The notes under the pieces: model-generated
Databases searched by the model: none
What the model saw: the letters and a program-made list of their open reading frames with translations, nothing else
Told to the model about the DNA's origin: nothing
NCBI GenBank assembly: GCA_047495785.1
Contig: JBLDXI010000054.1
Span: forward strand, 1,054,001-1,118,000
Direction of reading: 5' to 3'
Origin: Lepidodermella squamata
Taxonomy: Eukaryota > Animalia > Gastrotricha
DNA length: 64,000 nucleotides
Program-made: the position numbers and the translations under genes
Shown here: one piece after another, positions 11,677 to 23,800 of the stretch
How the letters are laid out: each line of letters begins with the position of its first letter
How positions within the stretch are numbered: the stretch's first letter is position 1

Positions 11677-14217
11677 TTAGTTCGATAGCCGAACCATAAC
11701 ATTGTCGGCAGCATTTAATGGACGAATTCCAGACGATATTCTATGTCGGAGCCTAATTCGCTCGAAAATCATTCTGATATTATCGAAGAAACAAGCCCCG
11801 GATGTAGAAGCCGAAATGACGAGTGAAGAGAACGCGACAGCAACCGCTTGATCAAATGGATCTTGAATAATCGCAAGGATGAAAATCGAAGCGATCGAAA
11901 TAATGACTGCGTTGGACAGGATTAGTTTAAGCTTCAAAACTTCCAACGTTTCCCTAGCTGCTCTGTGTCGGTTCAGGCGATAAACATTCTGAATAGACTT
12001 AAGCCCCATGAGACCATTTAAAGTGATAAAAACCGCTATCCAGCGAATATCCCATAGAGATTTGCAAATCCAACCATTAAAGTGGGTTAAAGTATCAGTC
12101 GCTTCGTCATAGTCATCCTTCGCACGGAATGGCCAAAAAGAGTGCTGAGACGGATCGCTAGCAATCCATGCCTCTATTATAGCTACATTAAGTAGGATAT
12201 ATATAACGCAAGACTGAGCGACGCTGATTTCACGGACTCGATCGTAGCTATTTGCGAACATAATCGCGCTCGAAGAAGCTTCCGAGTGACGTGCTCCTGA
12301 GTCTAGTCGTGGCCTTAGGGTGGGAGCTTCCCCCGTCAGGTCTGAGTTCGTATTTCTTACAGAAGGGGGAGCATGCAGAGAGTATTTCGAATTGCTCTTT
12401 GAAGCTGCTTTACTTGAGTGATGGAAAATTGAAGATCGAGTTCGAAGTCTCGAAACAGACGTGACCTGTCCGAGGAAAGATACCCCTCCTGCTCTGCCAC
12501 TAGAAGATGAAGACACGGCCCTTAAACATCCGACTAGATCGCTCGATTTTGCGCAAATCATGCCAACGAGGAACGAAAAAGCTGCAGAAAGGCCGGAAAT
12601 ACGGAAAATGCAAAGCCAACTCGAGTTGACGTCGTCTGTCACATAGACAACAGACGTCGCGTTGAAAAGCAGACAGCTAATTACGACAAACGAGTCGAAC
12701 AGACGCATTTCTTGATGTTGTGTGAAAATGAACTTATGTACCACGGTTATTAGCTGAAATGTTGAGATCAACCCAGCGATGGCGTATATGGCGTATCTGA
12801 GGTCTTCAGAAACTTCAAGAGGCTCGTATTTCTCGTTCCAAGCATCGCGGGGGAATTCTTTATCTGGCGAGCCTGTCCACGGAAATTTCACTGGGCCAAT
12901 AAAGTCGTAACTTTTGACATCAGCGAAGCTTGAATTGACCTTCAAGACGACTTTGTAGGTGTATTCGATAGAATTTGCCTGGGATGAGTAGATACCAGCA
13001 AACATGGGCTCGTAGTCCGGCTCGAGACGTTTCGAGTAGAGGGTCCGGCCAACTCTCAAGCTGTTATAATCCTGTTCAGCCGCACTTCGATTCATAGCTT
13101 TCATCACAAGCTGAGAATCTGGATCTCGTAAGGATGAGTTCCTTTTGATTAGAAGCTCCTCGGCATCGTGTAGGGTCAGAATTGTTTGCAACATAGCATC
13201 GTGACAGTAATAACGTGATCTGTAGTCCGGAACTCGAGATTTGTTAGTTTTGGCATCCAGGAGTGCCTCAAATTCAACCATGTCGTAGCCAAGCCTGGTT
13301 TTCCCGTAATTTTCAGTCGGGAAAAGGTACGAACCCATCCAAATCGTAATTTTGTACTGCTCCATCAATATTTCCTTCGTACAGATTGGAGGGATATTAC
13401 TAGCAGTCGGATCCATGAACCCGTTGATATTCCCGACTATTGCGAACTTGGGACCTCTCAGCCCAAAACGGTACGCCTTGCAAAAGAAGACTGAAGCTAA
13501 CGCCGGGGAGTTGAGATCGATGACAATGATTCTTAGGTTCGTTTTCTTCAAATTCATGATCGTATCATCTTCGATTGTTGAAACAGCCTCGTACCATGCG
13601 ATGGTGAAGTCAAGATTTTTACTCAACTCGTAGAAGAAGTTCGAGTTGGCGAGGTCAAACGCGTTATCCGAATTGCTGATCATCGCGAAACGTTTCCAGC
13701 TGGTGAAGTGTTTGATAATCGCAGCTCGAAGTGTCACGATGTTGAGGCCAGGGATTCGCGACCGATAGACGTTTGGATATTGGGCTCGTTTGTCGATGAG
13801 ATTCGGAGCTCCGCAGCCAAGTGCGACAAAGACCATACCAAGCCGATGGTATAGCGGCCCACTACGCTGGCAGCCCGGGCTGAAGTAGGATCCAACAGTT
13901 ATCGGAGCTTTGAAGGTATTAGGCCCTAACGTAGCTTGGTCCGCCAGTGAAAACTCCATGACTCCTTTCGGAATAAGGGAAGAACCAGCTCCTTCATCGA
14001 GGTAAACAGTTTCGATTGAATATTCGGGCAGAATATCGTTACGGCTGTTCGCGACATCAACAGCTACCTGCATTGATGCCTTGCAAATCGAACCATCAAA
14101 TGGGTTATTCCCAGTGAAAGGAACAAATGCGATGAGCTTCAATTTGTACGGCTTTTCCGCAGCTGAATTGCTTATCGCGATCGCCAGCAATTCAAGAAGT
14201 AGAACTTTCGAAAACAT
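11677..14217 (-). CDS. GABA-B-like class C GPCR, subfamily I (intronless, 846 aa)
   Basis: Signal peptide; Venus-flytrap motifs (AMQVAVDVAN..ILPEY, YPNVYRS, WKRFAMI, NLRIIVI); no Cys-rich domain; seven hydrophobic helices with TM3 Cys (WLCIFR) and ECL2 Cys (GWICKS). Confidence 0.85.
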   Translation of the reverse strand: MFSKVLLLELLAIAISNSAAEKPYKLKLIAFVPFTGNNPFDGSICKASMQVAVDVANSRNDILPEYSIETVYLDEGAGSSLIPKGVMEFSLADQATLGPNTFKAPITVGSYFSPGCQRSGPLYHRLGMVFVALGCGAPNLIDKRAQYPNVYRSRIPGLNIVTLRAAIIKHFTSWKRFAMISNSDNAFDLANSNFFYELSKNLDFTIAWYEAVSTIEDDTIMNLKKTNLRIIVIDLNSPALASVFFCKAYRFGLRGPKFAIVGNINGFMDPTASNIPPICTKEILMEQYKITIWMGSYLFPTENYGKTRLGYDMVEFEALLDAKTNKSRVPDYRSRYYCHDAMLQTILTLHDAEELLIKRNSSLRDPDSQLVMKAMNRSAAEQDYNSLRVGRTLYSKRLEPDYEPMFAGIYSSQANSIEYTYKVVLKVNSSFADVKSYDFIGPVKFPWTGSPDKEFPRDAWNEKYEPLEVSEDLRYAIYAIAGLISTFQLITVVHKFIFTQHQEMRLFDSFVVISCLLFNATSVVYVTDDVNSSWLCIFRISGLSAAFSFLVGMICAKSSDLVGCLRAVSSSSSGRAGGVSFLGQVTSVSRLRTRSSIFHHSSKAASKSNSKYSLHAPPSVRNTNSDLTGEAPTLRPRLDSGARHSEASSSAIMFANSYDRVREISVAQSCVIYILLNVAIIEAWIASDPSQHSFWPFRAKDDYDEATDTLTHFNGWICKSLWDIRWIAVFITLNGLMGLKSIQNVYRLNRHRAARETLEVLKLKLILSNAVIISIASIFILAIIQDPFDQAVAVAFSSLVISASTSGACFFDNIRMIFERIRLRHRISSGIRPLNAADNVMVRLSN

Positions 14218-15710
14218 TGCAAAACTGGAATAAATTTAGATCTGTGATCGAGATACTAAAACGGGTTTATATACGTGTTTGTTTTCAAAAGTAAATTGAT
14301 GTCCTTATGACTTTCCGCCAATATTTCGGAAGTCGTAGGCAATTGTCGTGCCACAAGAATCAAGTTTTTCGCTTAAAAGCTGCTAGCGGATGCAGACAAC
14401 TTTCGAAAAGTGAAGGAAATTGCCCAAGGAAAACGTATGCTCAATGAACGTTTTAGCGCTGGCAAGCTATTAGCGAGGTTTAATTTCAGAGTTCGTTTTA
14501 ACTGAGGCAAAAATTTAGGATATTGTCACGTTTTTCTTCTCCATTTTTCAATGATATTGAATAACAGTGATAAATATATGAAGTTGTTCGACAAAGGTAA
14601 ACACGAGAGCTTCAAACAAGTTAAGAAAATCATCTTAAGTCACTGCCAGCGGAGAAGTGAAAATAAACCAGCGCAGTCATGAATGGGTGAGAAGAGTTTT
14701 CCAAGATCGCAAAATTCGAGCTAGCTATTCCATTCACTATTACGCCAGGCTGAGATAAGTCTGGCTAGACTGCTGTCTAACTTGCTTAAAGTTAAACGGG
14801 CTTCACGGAATTTCACAGATTTGTCGCGCGCGACAACTGAATGACGCGACGAATCCGGCGTCGTGCACTTCCTCACGGACTTATCGATGTCACGCGTGAC
14901 GCGCGTCGCGCGAGACAAAAAGCTAGGGTGTTCGCAGAATCAGCGATGCAACAGGCTATCGAGCGATTGGGTTGGATGACCGTAGCAGCCATCGACTGAA
15001 AGATCAATGGATTCTGAGTTTATTTGAAGCAGTAATAACAGTCGGAGTCGAGTCGAGTATTTGACAAGTTCAGACTCTTATGTGACGCGAAAGTCTGGAC
15101 GAGATAATAGATTTGAAATCCGAATCATATAACGAATTTTTCTTGTCAGTGACGAAACTGATGAAGATTCAGCCGATTAATCAAGAACAATCAAATTCAC
15201 AAGGCCCACACGTAATCCTAAAATCCAAATTTGTCATAAAATTTGAAGAGTTCCAACCAATTACAGCCGAGAAAGACTACGTCGTCTTTTGCCATGTCTT
15301 ATTTAACCCGACAGCCTAAAATGTGACTTAAAATAGCCGACATGATTTGCTGATCATCTCTGTCCAATAGCCAAGCCCAGGAACATGAAAACTCAGCTGT
15401 TTACAATCGATTCCAGATCCAGCATTCTTTTTTGTGGAACCCATCAGTTGTGGACGTAAAAAAGGATTTATTACACCCTGCAGCTCGAAAGCCTGTCTTC
15501 GAGCTCAAAAATATTTCCAAACCAACTAACCGTTTGCCGAATTGACTTCGGAATTACCGCAGTTACCGAAATGTAAGCCCCCACTAGTTTAGAAGCCTAG
15601 GTAAATCGAAATTCGACGATGCATAGTCTCATCTCAAATAGAAGCCTAGTCTTGAATAGAAACATACGTTTCCTATTTTTCGAGGTATACTTTTTGTATA
15701 AGCCGGGCAT

Positions 15711-15854
15711 AGAGCGAAGTAGGACCGCGGAACTGATGTAGGGATTGCGAAAATCGACATAAGGGTCCCCCCTATGGTCTTTGAATGAGCTCACCTTACG
15801 GACCAATGGAACTGGTAGCGATAACCCCTACCATCCCTAGCGGTACTTCGCTCT
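15711..15854. repeat. Short hairpin/MITE-like dispersed repeat
   Basis: Perfect 11-bp inverted ends AGAGCGAAGTA / TACTTCGCTCT; a diverged second copy at 45241-45369. Confidence 0.6.
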
Positions 15855-17018
15855 CTGAACCCGGGGTTAGTATTTCCGTAACTACGGTACTTGAGTCTCT
15901 TTGGAAAATCCCTCATTCTCTAAAATTCAGTGAAACTTTGTTTTTAGAGTTAACTGCTGTCTGATATAATTAAACAAGACACATTTTAGGCTTCGGATGA
16001 AATGGGTCGTTTGTCTGATTTCGAGTAAGACAAATGTCTGATGAAAAAAGTCACACCATGCAAGCCTTGTCACATTGCTACTTACATTGGCCTGTTGCAT
16101 TTTTTATTTCGATCTTGAACAGCTAGAATTAGAGCGTGGCAACCCTATATCGCCATTTGTCATAATCTCAAGCCATTTGAATTTTATTACAATACGCATA
16201 ACTAAGGGGATTTCCATGAGAACTGCAGCGCAAGTTGAGACAAGTGTCCGACATGTGTGTTGAAGCGAGCAGGTGCCCCCTTCAATCACTCTCATGTCTG
16301 CATGCTCACTTAAAGCTTTCAAGCATTCCATGACGCGCCACCGTAACCTTTTCTATCATCCTGTCAGCAGCCCACGCTATATAGCGTAATCACCTCTGCC
16401 CCACTTTTTCGAGTATATTATAAATGAAAAATGTTTAGAAATTTAGTCGGGATGATTGACATAATCGTGGCGACTTCTCTAATTTTTCGATCGGTTTTCT
16501 CTAGTCGGTTACTCCAGTTACCGGGAGATCGTTTAATCTAATTCCCGTCTTGGACCACTCTCCTCGGCTGAATTCTCATCTATTTGATCTTAGATTTGCC
16601 TAAGTAGATCATCAGCGCCGTATGTTGATCGATCGCCCTAATCATCCGGGCTTTATTCTCCGCGTGCAATGGCGAAGCAGTAGCCGCAATATCATTTCAT
16701 TAGTACGCACATTTCTTGATATGCTTGCTGATGTAATATACTGCGTCAAACATGCCTATTATACCTACCCCATATAGTGCGGCAGGCGGTTAGTTAAATA
16801 TTTGCTTAAATGTGTAGTAAAACAAACAGCATTTCGGGCGAGCGCGCGCACAATAGTGCCATGATACATCACGCAATTGCGGCGAGCGCATATGATAATA
16901 TCGATGAATGCTGAATTCAGGGATTGCAATATGATATTTACGAAATCGTTTTTTATCACGATGTCTTGCGGCCGTGCTGATTGAGTTTTTTTATAGGCCA
17001 GAAAATAAACGCCGAAAA

Positions 17019-19942
17019 ATGGGAGCGAAACAATGCCGCCTTCCAGTCCAAAACGGCGCTAATGTGACCACAACCAGCGGTGTGCACGACGAATTCAGGT
17101 CGGGCAAAAGCAACATGCCGCCGAAGAATTCGATCGAGTCCCAAATATTCGGCGCGAAGAAGGACAAAAACGGCGCGTTGATCAGTAATTGGACGACGAT
17201 AGATGATTTTCTGAAAATTGATATTCCTGAGGTCTGCAATACGTTTGAAGACATGGACTTCGGTGTAGATGCTAGGTAAAACATCCTAATAAATGCTTCC
17301 TATTAATTATGCCCCTTTCTTTCTAAGGTTTATGCCCATCGAAGTTCCGCATGTTAAGAATTTCCAAGAAGTGGGACACGGGTATTCGCAACTGAAAGCT
17401 ATTTTCTCAACTCTTTCGAGGAATCCGTGCCAAGGTAAATCCTTTTATTTTAAACAATTTCCCAGATAGTGGACCATAAAATTAGTTCATGCCGTCATAA
17501 AAGTGAGATTTCCCAGCGACAGCTGTTATTTTTTTAGAAATAATTATGCGTGCGCCTCAAGTTTATCATCTGGTGATTTACATGCTAAATTTTGGGATGT
17601 ATTTATTCTGCCGACTAAAATTCCTGAATATGCCGTGAATAGACATGCCCTGAACAAATTTTGTTTTCATAGGTCCTATAGTTATCACTGGACCGAGCGG
17701 TGTTGGGAAAACGTGTCTCCTCGCCCATACGCTGCGAAACTCAGCTGAATCAGAGTTTTGGCTCAACCACTGCCAATACACACATGCTTTGTGGTTAAAT
17801 TGCCAAAAATGGTCTAACAACCAATTCGATCAGCAAGATCAAGCTTCCTTCATATGCCAACTTTTTAAACTTGCCGAACTTGCCGATCATTCAGGAGACA
17901 TCGAACACCGGTGCAATTTCAGCGGCCTGGCCAGCTATTTCGCTTCGAAAAGAAACAGAATACTTGTGATTTTCGATAATGTTACTGGCGTAGGCATTTT
18001 CGAAGCGTTAGTTGACACGATCTCGAAATTCCTGCCCTGTTGCATAATAACGAGCAATGAATCTGAAAAGGTCCTGATGAAGATCAGTTGTCTCAAACTG
18101 GTTCACAAAGTTCAACCGGTCCTGAAGGATGTAGTCGAGCGATTTCCCGCCGAAATCAGGTCTAGCCAGACTAAATTGGTTCAGGTTCTGCGTGAAAACT
18201 GCAAAAGTCTACCAATGATTTCAAACATGATTATGGGACTCGCTTCGTCCATCTCAGCTTCAGAACTCCAGCTTTTACTTGCGAGTAAACTGAGTTCCAA
18301 TTCAGAGTTAGTCGAGCAGCTGTTACGGGTAATTCTGATGAAATGCCTAACCACTTTGAAGAGGCAAGTATTCTATTCTCTGGTCTACTTCGCGCCTAGT
18401 GAGGAGATATCAATCCACGACATTTCTATTCTGGGCGGATTCAACTTATTAGATCAAGCAGTGGACGTTTGCAAAGACCTTCAAGAACTTGGCCTGATCT
18501 CAAATATCGGCCGCAGTGACATTGACCCGCAATCCGGGGATCGTTTCATTGTCCACAGCTTGATCCACCAGGCTGCGATCGCTATTGTGAAAAAAGATCA
18601 CGTGATTATGTCGGAAGTCTCAACCCAAGGCGGGTCATTCTTAGCAACGCATTCCCACATCTGGACAAAGAAAACTCCCTATTCGGAATTGTTGGAAATT
18701 CTGAGGCGAGCTGTCTCACAGAAGCGGGAAAATCTCTGGCGGAAGTTGATTTTGGATGACTTTAATTTGTCTCACCAAATAATTAACAAGCACCCTGAAG
18801 CTGCGTCCCTGCGCGACTCGGCAAATCGAACCTCTCTCTACATAGCTGCCGAACACGGGAATTACGAAGCCGTCAAGTTTCTTCATCATATCAACCCGAT
18901 CTCAGTTAGGACTATTGAGCAAGATGAAGGAAGAACGCCGTTAATGGTTGCTGTTATCAATGGCCATTATGATGTAGCTCGCTATCTGTACAAAAAGTAC
19001 CCAGAGGCCGCTCTACTGCCTGATATGCACTGCAGCAGGTTACCTTTAAGCTGGGCTGCAGATCATGGTCACTTCGAAATGGTCAAGTTTCTCTACGAAA
19101 AATACCCAGATACGATAAGTCAGAAGGACGAATTCGAACAATCTGCCTTAATTTTAGCATCAGCGGCTGGTCATCTCGAAATCGTAAAGTTCCTCCATAA
19201 TGCCTATCCTAAAGCTATTGAAGAGCCTGATTACGAAAGGCGGAATGCGTTGTCACTTGCTGCTGAGAATGGCCATTACGAGGTTTGCAAGTTCCTCCAC
19301 GAAAACTACCCCCAGGGCCTTAGGGTGACTAATAAGGACGATCGAAGTCCGCTGTCCTGGGCGGCGGAGAATGGCCATTTAGAGCTATGCAAGTTTTTCT
19401 ACGAGAAACACCCGATGACTATCAAAATCGGTGATAGAACTGAAGACTTCCTGCCGTTAAGTTTCGCAGCGGCTAATGGCCATCTGAATGTGGTCCGGTG
19501 GTTGTGCGAAATCTACCCTAATGCTGTGAAGATGCAGACTTTCAAGTTTCAAACGCCGCTACTTCTCGCTGCTAGTCACGGTCATTTGAATGTAGTCGAA
19601 TTCCTCTACGAGCTATACCCTGATGCTGCGAAAGTTCCGTCGAAAGATGGCAGAACCCCGTTGTCATGGGCTGTGCAACGAGGCCATTTGTCTCTTGTCG
19701 AGTTTTTGTTTGATAAGTACCCGCAAGCTCTGGAGTTGCGGGACAACGAGACTGGCAAAACGCCGCTGTCAACTGCAGTCTCGCATGGTTATTCTAAAAT
19801 AGTCAAGTTCTTTTTTGAGAATTGCCCAGATGTTTGCATCAAGCTCCAGGATGCGGACGGGCGGACTACGCTGGACGTTGCTAAGCAGGAGTGCACAAGT
19901 GCCGCATTGCTGGAGTACCTCAGAAGTGCTTTTTCGGTCTAA
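17019..19942 (+). CDS. STAND/NB-ARC-like P-loop NTPase with C-terminal ankyrin repeats (NLR-like); exons 17019-17275, 17328-17434, 17673-19942
   Basis: Spliced frame gives Walker A IVITGPSGVGKT, Walker B ILVIFDNV, sensor-like CCIITSN, a GLP-like SLPMI, a winged-helix-like region with VHSLIH (MHD-like), then more than ten ankyrin repeats. Confidence 0.82.
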
Positions 19943-20274
19943 TCGGAACTTGCTTCATTTCCGTCCCGTGTTTTTGCTACCACAATGTTATATTTTCACT
20001 CCGAATAAATCTTTTGCATTTCGAACATGTACTTGAGTTTTGCGGTAAAGATTGCGGGGTAATTGGCGACAGGACGCCTTGCCTAAAATAGAAACGAATG
20101 GCGTAATAACGCTAAATTTGTGCATCTACGCCAAGTCAGTCGCGTGACAGAACGCCCGCCACTTTTTTCTGCTCCACACCATCTGTTTCCATGATAGGTT
20201 CTTGAAAATAATATTGAAACCATGCAGAATTAACACCATTTTATGTTCATTTTCTTACATCGCTGCCTATTTAA

Positions 20275-20559
20275 GGCTTAAATTCTATGAATGGCTATGC
20301 GTTAGTGTTAGTGTTTTTAGCTATGGTTAGAGTTAGAGTTAGGGTTAGAGCTAGGGTTAGGGTTAGGGTTAGAAATCTGCCACCTAGGCGCTATTCTTAT
20401 CCCTAACACTAGGCATACTTCTGTAAAGCAAATGGCAACGAACAGGAAGCAGGATTAAGGCATAGGCTCAGAGCTTTATGTGACTGATTCGCTAACAAAC
20501 CCTAACCCTGACCCTAACTAAAAACTCTATCGTTGAGCCAAAACCATTGGAATTAAGCC
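20275..20559. repeat. Foldback element with telomere-like (TTAGGG / CCCTAA) inverted arms
   Basis: Degenerate TTAGRG array at ~20300-20373; CCCTAA array at ~20499-20520; the non-telomeric outer flanks (GGCTTAAATTC... / ...GAATTAAGCC) are also inverted. Confidence 0.7.
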
Positions 20560-21031
20560 CGCTTTAGTACGCAGCGAGATAATTGCGTATACACTATTGG
20601 AAAAATCAAATTTATTAGCTGGAAAACGATCAAAATGCCGTTGCTCATTTTCAGCTAAATATCAGTTAAAATGCCAAAATGCCAATGAAAATTAGCTTTT
20701 CAGTTGCTATTCAGCTAACAATAGAAATAGTAGGTCATTGTTGTTTATTCGAAAGAGCATTTTGAGGGGTTTTGAGCTAATAAACCAGATTTTTTCCTCT
20801 GACAGTCTAGGGGCTTTCAGTCTTAGAGCGAAGGCTTATGTTTCGACGCATTATCACGTTAAATATTTAAACACCAATCGCTACTATCGATCCCCGTTCG
20901 CTATGTTGCCAGGCCACTCACGACAATGCACCTAGCCCGTATTAAATACAACCATCAAACAACTGTTCGTTTACTTTGAAGGACAAGCTAAGAAACCATT
21001 GTATTTCCCACGCCGAAAATCGAATCCGATC

Positions 21032-23800
21032 ATGAAAGCATTGTTATCCGCCAGCCTCAGTGCTGGCAACAACGCATCGAATGGAAGCTCGATTACAATA
21101 ACGAAAAGCCGCGTTACTTCATCTCCCGCTGCTGGTGTTGGCCACTACGCTGCCGGCATTTCTCGCGCTGGGCGTGTCTTCAATAAAATCGCCCATCGTC
21201 GCCTGGCTGTAGGCACAATCGCAACGAAAATGTATTCTACAACCACTTATTACAACAATATAATTGATGGGCTCTCGCCGGACCACGTCAATGTCCTGTA
21301 TTCCTTTCTGCTATTCGAATTGAACGAGCCCGTTCATATTCTTGATTTGGCGATAATTTCCGGAATTTATTCAGGCGAAAAAGATGACGGGAACGATGCT
21401 TTACTAGCAGCCTTAGACTTGGTTTCTAACCTCTGTGTCGAGCTTGAGACTAAGCACATGCTATGCTGTAAAATGGACCCGTTCAACTTTAAACTGAAAG
21501 ATTATTTCTACATCGAACGAGATATTCAAATTGCGCTGAGGGAACATTTTAAAGCGAATGTTACTCTCCCAAGTCCAAAGGGCGTTTCCTTACTCCTGGC
21601 TCTGATTGCGAACCTAGTTGACGCAGACGATATGGACCTGGATGAAGACAAGTCTGGTCAATCGATTATCGATAAATTGATCGCAGTGTCGAGAAACAAA
21701 GTCTGGGAAAGAAGGATTTTGACGAATGGCTACTTGCTACGATTTTTCTACGGTAGATACCGAAGTTTGGCTGGTCGAACTAATCCAGAAGGTAAAACGG
21801 CATTATCAGTCCTGGCCTCGATAACGGACATGCAAGAGCCAATTACCTTCATCTACAATGCCTGTCCTGAAGCTGTAAAAATGATTGATAGCAACGGCCG
21901 AACAGCGATTTCGATAGCGGCAGAAAACGGCAGTATTGCAGTCGTCCAATTTCTATACGAAAAGTACCCCTTAGCCATTGAAATCGCAGACTCTTTGGGG
22001 CGATTGCCACTCCATCACGCTGCGATGAATGGTCATGAAGCTACAGTTCAGCTACTACTTGAATTGGGGCCGGAGTTATCGAGTAGGCAAGATCCGGTTA
22101 CTGGTCGTAACGGGCTTTCGATATGCTGCGAAACTTGCGATGAGATAGAGCTGATAAAGGCTTTCATCTCGCTCAGCTCATCCTCTCTAAATCAACCTGA
22201 TTTGAATGGTCAGACGCCACTCTTCCACGCCGTAGCTAGGGGTAACGTGAAGTTCGTTAGGTACCTTCTCACTGCAGATCCTGAAGGGTTCAAGGCCAAA
22301 GATCTTGAGATGAGAATACCAATTTTCATCGCGGCTGAGAATGGCCGGCTGGAAGTTGTGAAGATTCTCCACAATCTCTGGCCAGAATCTATAAAATTCA
22401 TGGATCGCATAAATAGGACAGTCCTTAGTTACGCAGCTGCTTCTGGAGATTTGAAGACGTTTTCCTTCGTTTACGAATTGTATCGAGACGCGATTATTCT
22501 GTGCGACGATGCTGGCAGATCTCCAATATTCTGGTCTTGTAAGCAGAACGGCTCAAAGAACTTTGTTTCCTTTATCTACGATTGCTACCCGAATTTGGTG
22601 AAAACGAGAGACTCGTCAAATGGCCAAACCCCTTTGATGGCAGCGATTCTAAGACGAGCAGATTTTGAATTGATCACGTTTCTGCATGATTTGGATGAAA
22701 CAGCTGTGAAAGTACCTGATATCAAGGGAAGAACCTGCTTTTCCTACGCTGTTGAGCAGGGCATTGCAAAGCTCATTGAATTTCTACTAAAATTACACCC
22801 AGAAGCTGTTCGTATAGCCGATGAAAACGGCCATCTTCCAATTTGGTTTTCAGTCAACTCCGGCGACTTGAAATTAGTGGATTTTCTATACTCTTTAAAC
22901 CCTGCATCGCTGTCAGTTGTCGACCATAACGAGGGCGGTAAGACTTTGGTGACACTGGCAGCTGAAAAGGGCTATCTTGACATAGTGAAGTTCTTCTACG
23001 GCCGGAGTTTTGACGTCATCAAGCAACGAGATGCCATGGGGCAAACGCCTTTACTTCAAGCTTTTTCGAAAAACCACGTATCAATTGTTAAATATTTCTG
23101 CAATTTATCGAAAGCCCTAACTCAGGAAAAGGACACCAGAGGTAGAAATTTGCTGACCCTCGCCCTTGAGTGCATGAGTATGAATTTCAATTTCATCAAA
23201 TTTCTCTACGACAAATGGCCTGAGGCTTTGGAAATGCCAGATAACGATGGAAATATAGCCTATCTCTTAGCTGAGAATTTCAATTTGGCCACCAATGTTA
23301 AACAACTGATAGAAGAGGCTGTGAAAACACGAGATCGATCTGGCCGAACGCCGTTCTACCGAGCAATAGGCCGCGGCCATTTTGAGGTGGCTAAGTCACT
23401 TCTGCAACTTTACCCTGAATCTCTGAAAGTACCAGATCGGAGTGGGAAAAGTGTCTTCTTTTTATCTGCTCAACTTGGCCTGTTGGAAACTCTCATCTAT
23501 TTATGCGAGCTTGATCCGGAAGCAATTCAGACTCCGAATAAGACTGGTCAAACGCTTTTATTCGCCGCGTCAGAAGAGGGCCAAATCGATGTGGTCAAGT
23601 TTCTGTACGAAAAATATCCGGAAGCCTTGGAGATACCTGATACAACAGATAGAACGCCGAGCATCATTGCGAGTCAACGCGGCTTTTACAATATTGTCAG
23701 CTTTTTCAAGCTGATGACTGATCCTCCGGTCGAGGAGGAACCGCTTCTTGCTACAACTGAAAGTTTGGAAGACACGGCAAAAAGCACCATTAAATTGTAA
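21032..23800 (+). CDS. Ankyrin-repeat protein with N-terminal winged-helix-like region and no P-loop (intronless ORF; start codon uncertain)
   Basis: 933-aa ORF with many ankyrin repeats of the same consensus as its neighbours. VLYSFLLFELNEPVHILDLAIISG aligns by eye with VFYSLVYFAPSEEISIHDISILGG of the upstream NB-ARC protein. Confidence 0.85.
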   Translation: MKALLSASLSAGNNASNGSSITITKSRVTSSPAAGVGHYAAGISRAGRVFNKIAHRRLAVGTIATKMYSTTTYYNNIIDGLSPDHVNVLYSFLLFELNEPVHILDLAIISGIYSGEKDDGNDALLAALDLVSNLCVELETKHMLCCKMDPFNFKLKDYFYIERDIQIALREHFKANVTLPSPKGVSLLLALIANLVDADDMDLDEDKSGQSIIDKLIAVSRNKVWERRILTNGYLLRFFYGRYRSLAGRTNPEGKTALSVLASITDMQEPITFIYNACPEAVKMIDSNGRTAISIAAENGSIAVVQFLYEKYPLAIEIADSLGRLPLHHAAMNGHEATVQLLLELGPELSSRQDPVTGRNGLSICCETCDEIELIKAFISLSSSSLNQPDLNGQTPLFHAVARGNVKFVRYLLTADPEGFKAKDLEMRIPIFIAAENGRLEVVKILHNLWPESIKFMDRINRTVLSYAAASGDLKTFSFVYELYRDAIILCDDAGRSPIFWSCKQNGSKNFVSFIYDCYPNLVKTRDSSNGQTPLMAAILRRADFELITFLHDLDETAVKVPDIKGRTCFSYAVEQGIAKLIEFLLKLHPEAVRIADENGHLPIWFSVNSGDLKLVDFLYSLNPASLSVVDHNEGGKTLVTLAAEKGYLDIVKFFYGRSFDVIKQRDAMGQTPLLQAFSKNHVSIVKYFCNLSKALTQEKDTRGRNLLTLALECMSMNFNFIKFLYDKWPEALEMPDNDGNIAYLLAENFNLATNVKQLIEEAVKTRDRSGRTPFYRAIGRGHFEVAKSLLQLYPESLKVPDRSGKSVFFLSAQLGLLETLIYLCELDPEAIQTPNKTGQTLLFAASEEGQIDVVKFLYEKYPEALEIPDTTDRTPSIIASQRGFYNIVSFFKLMTDPPVEEEPLLATTESLEDTAKSTIKL

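Noticed and set aside
20300-20520. True telomere or chromosome-fusion site
   Set aside because: Very short and degenerate, with symmetric non-telomeric flanks; a foldback element is more parsimonious.
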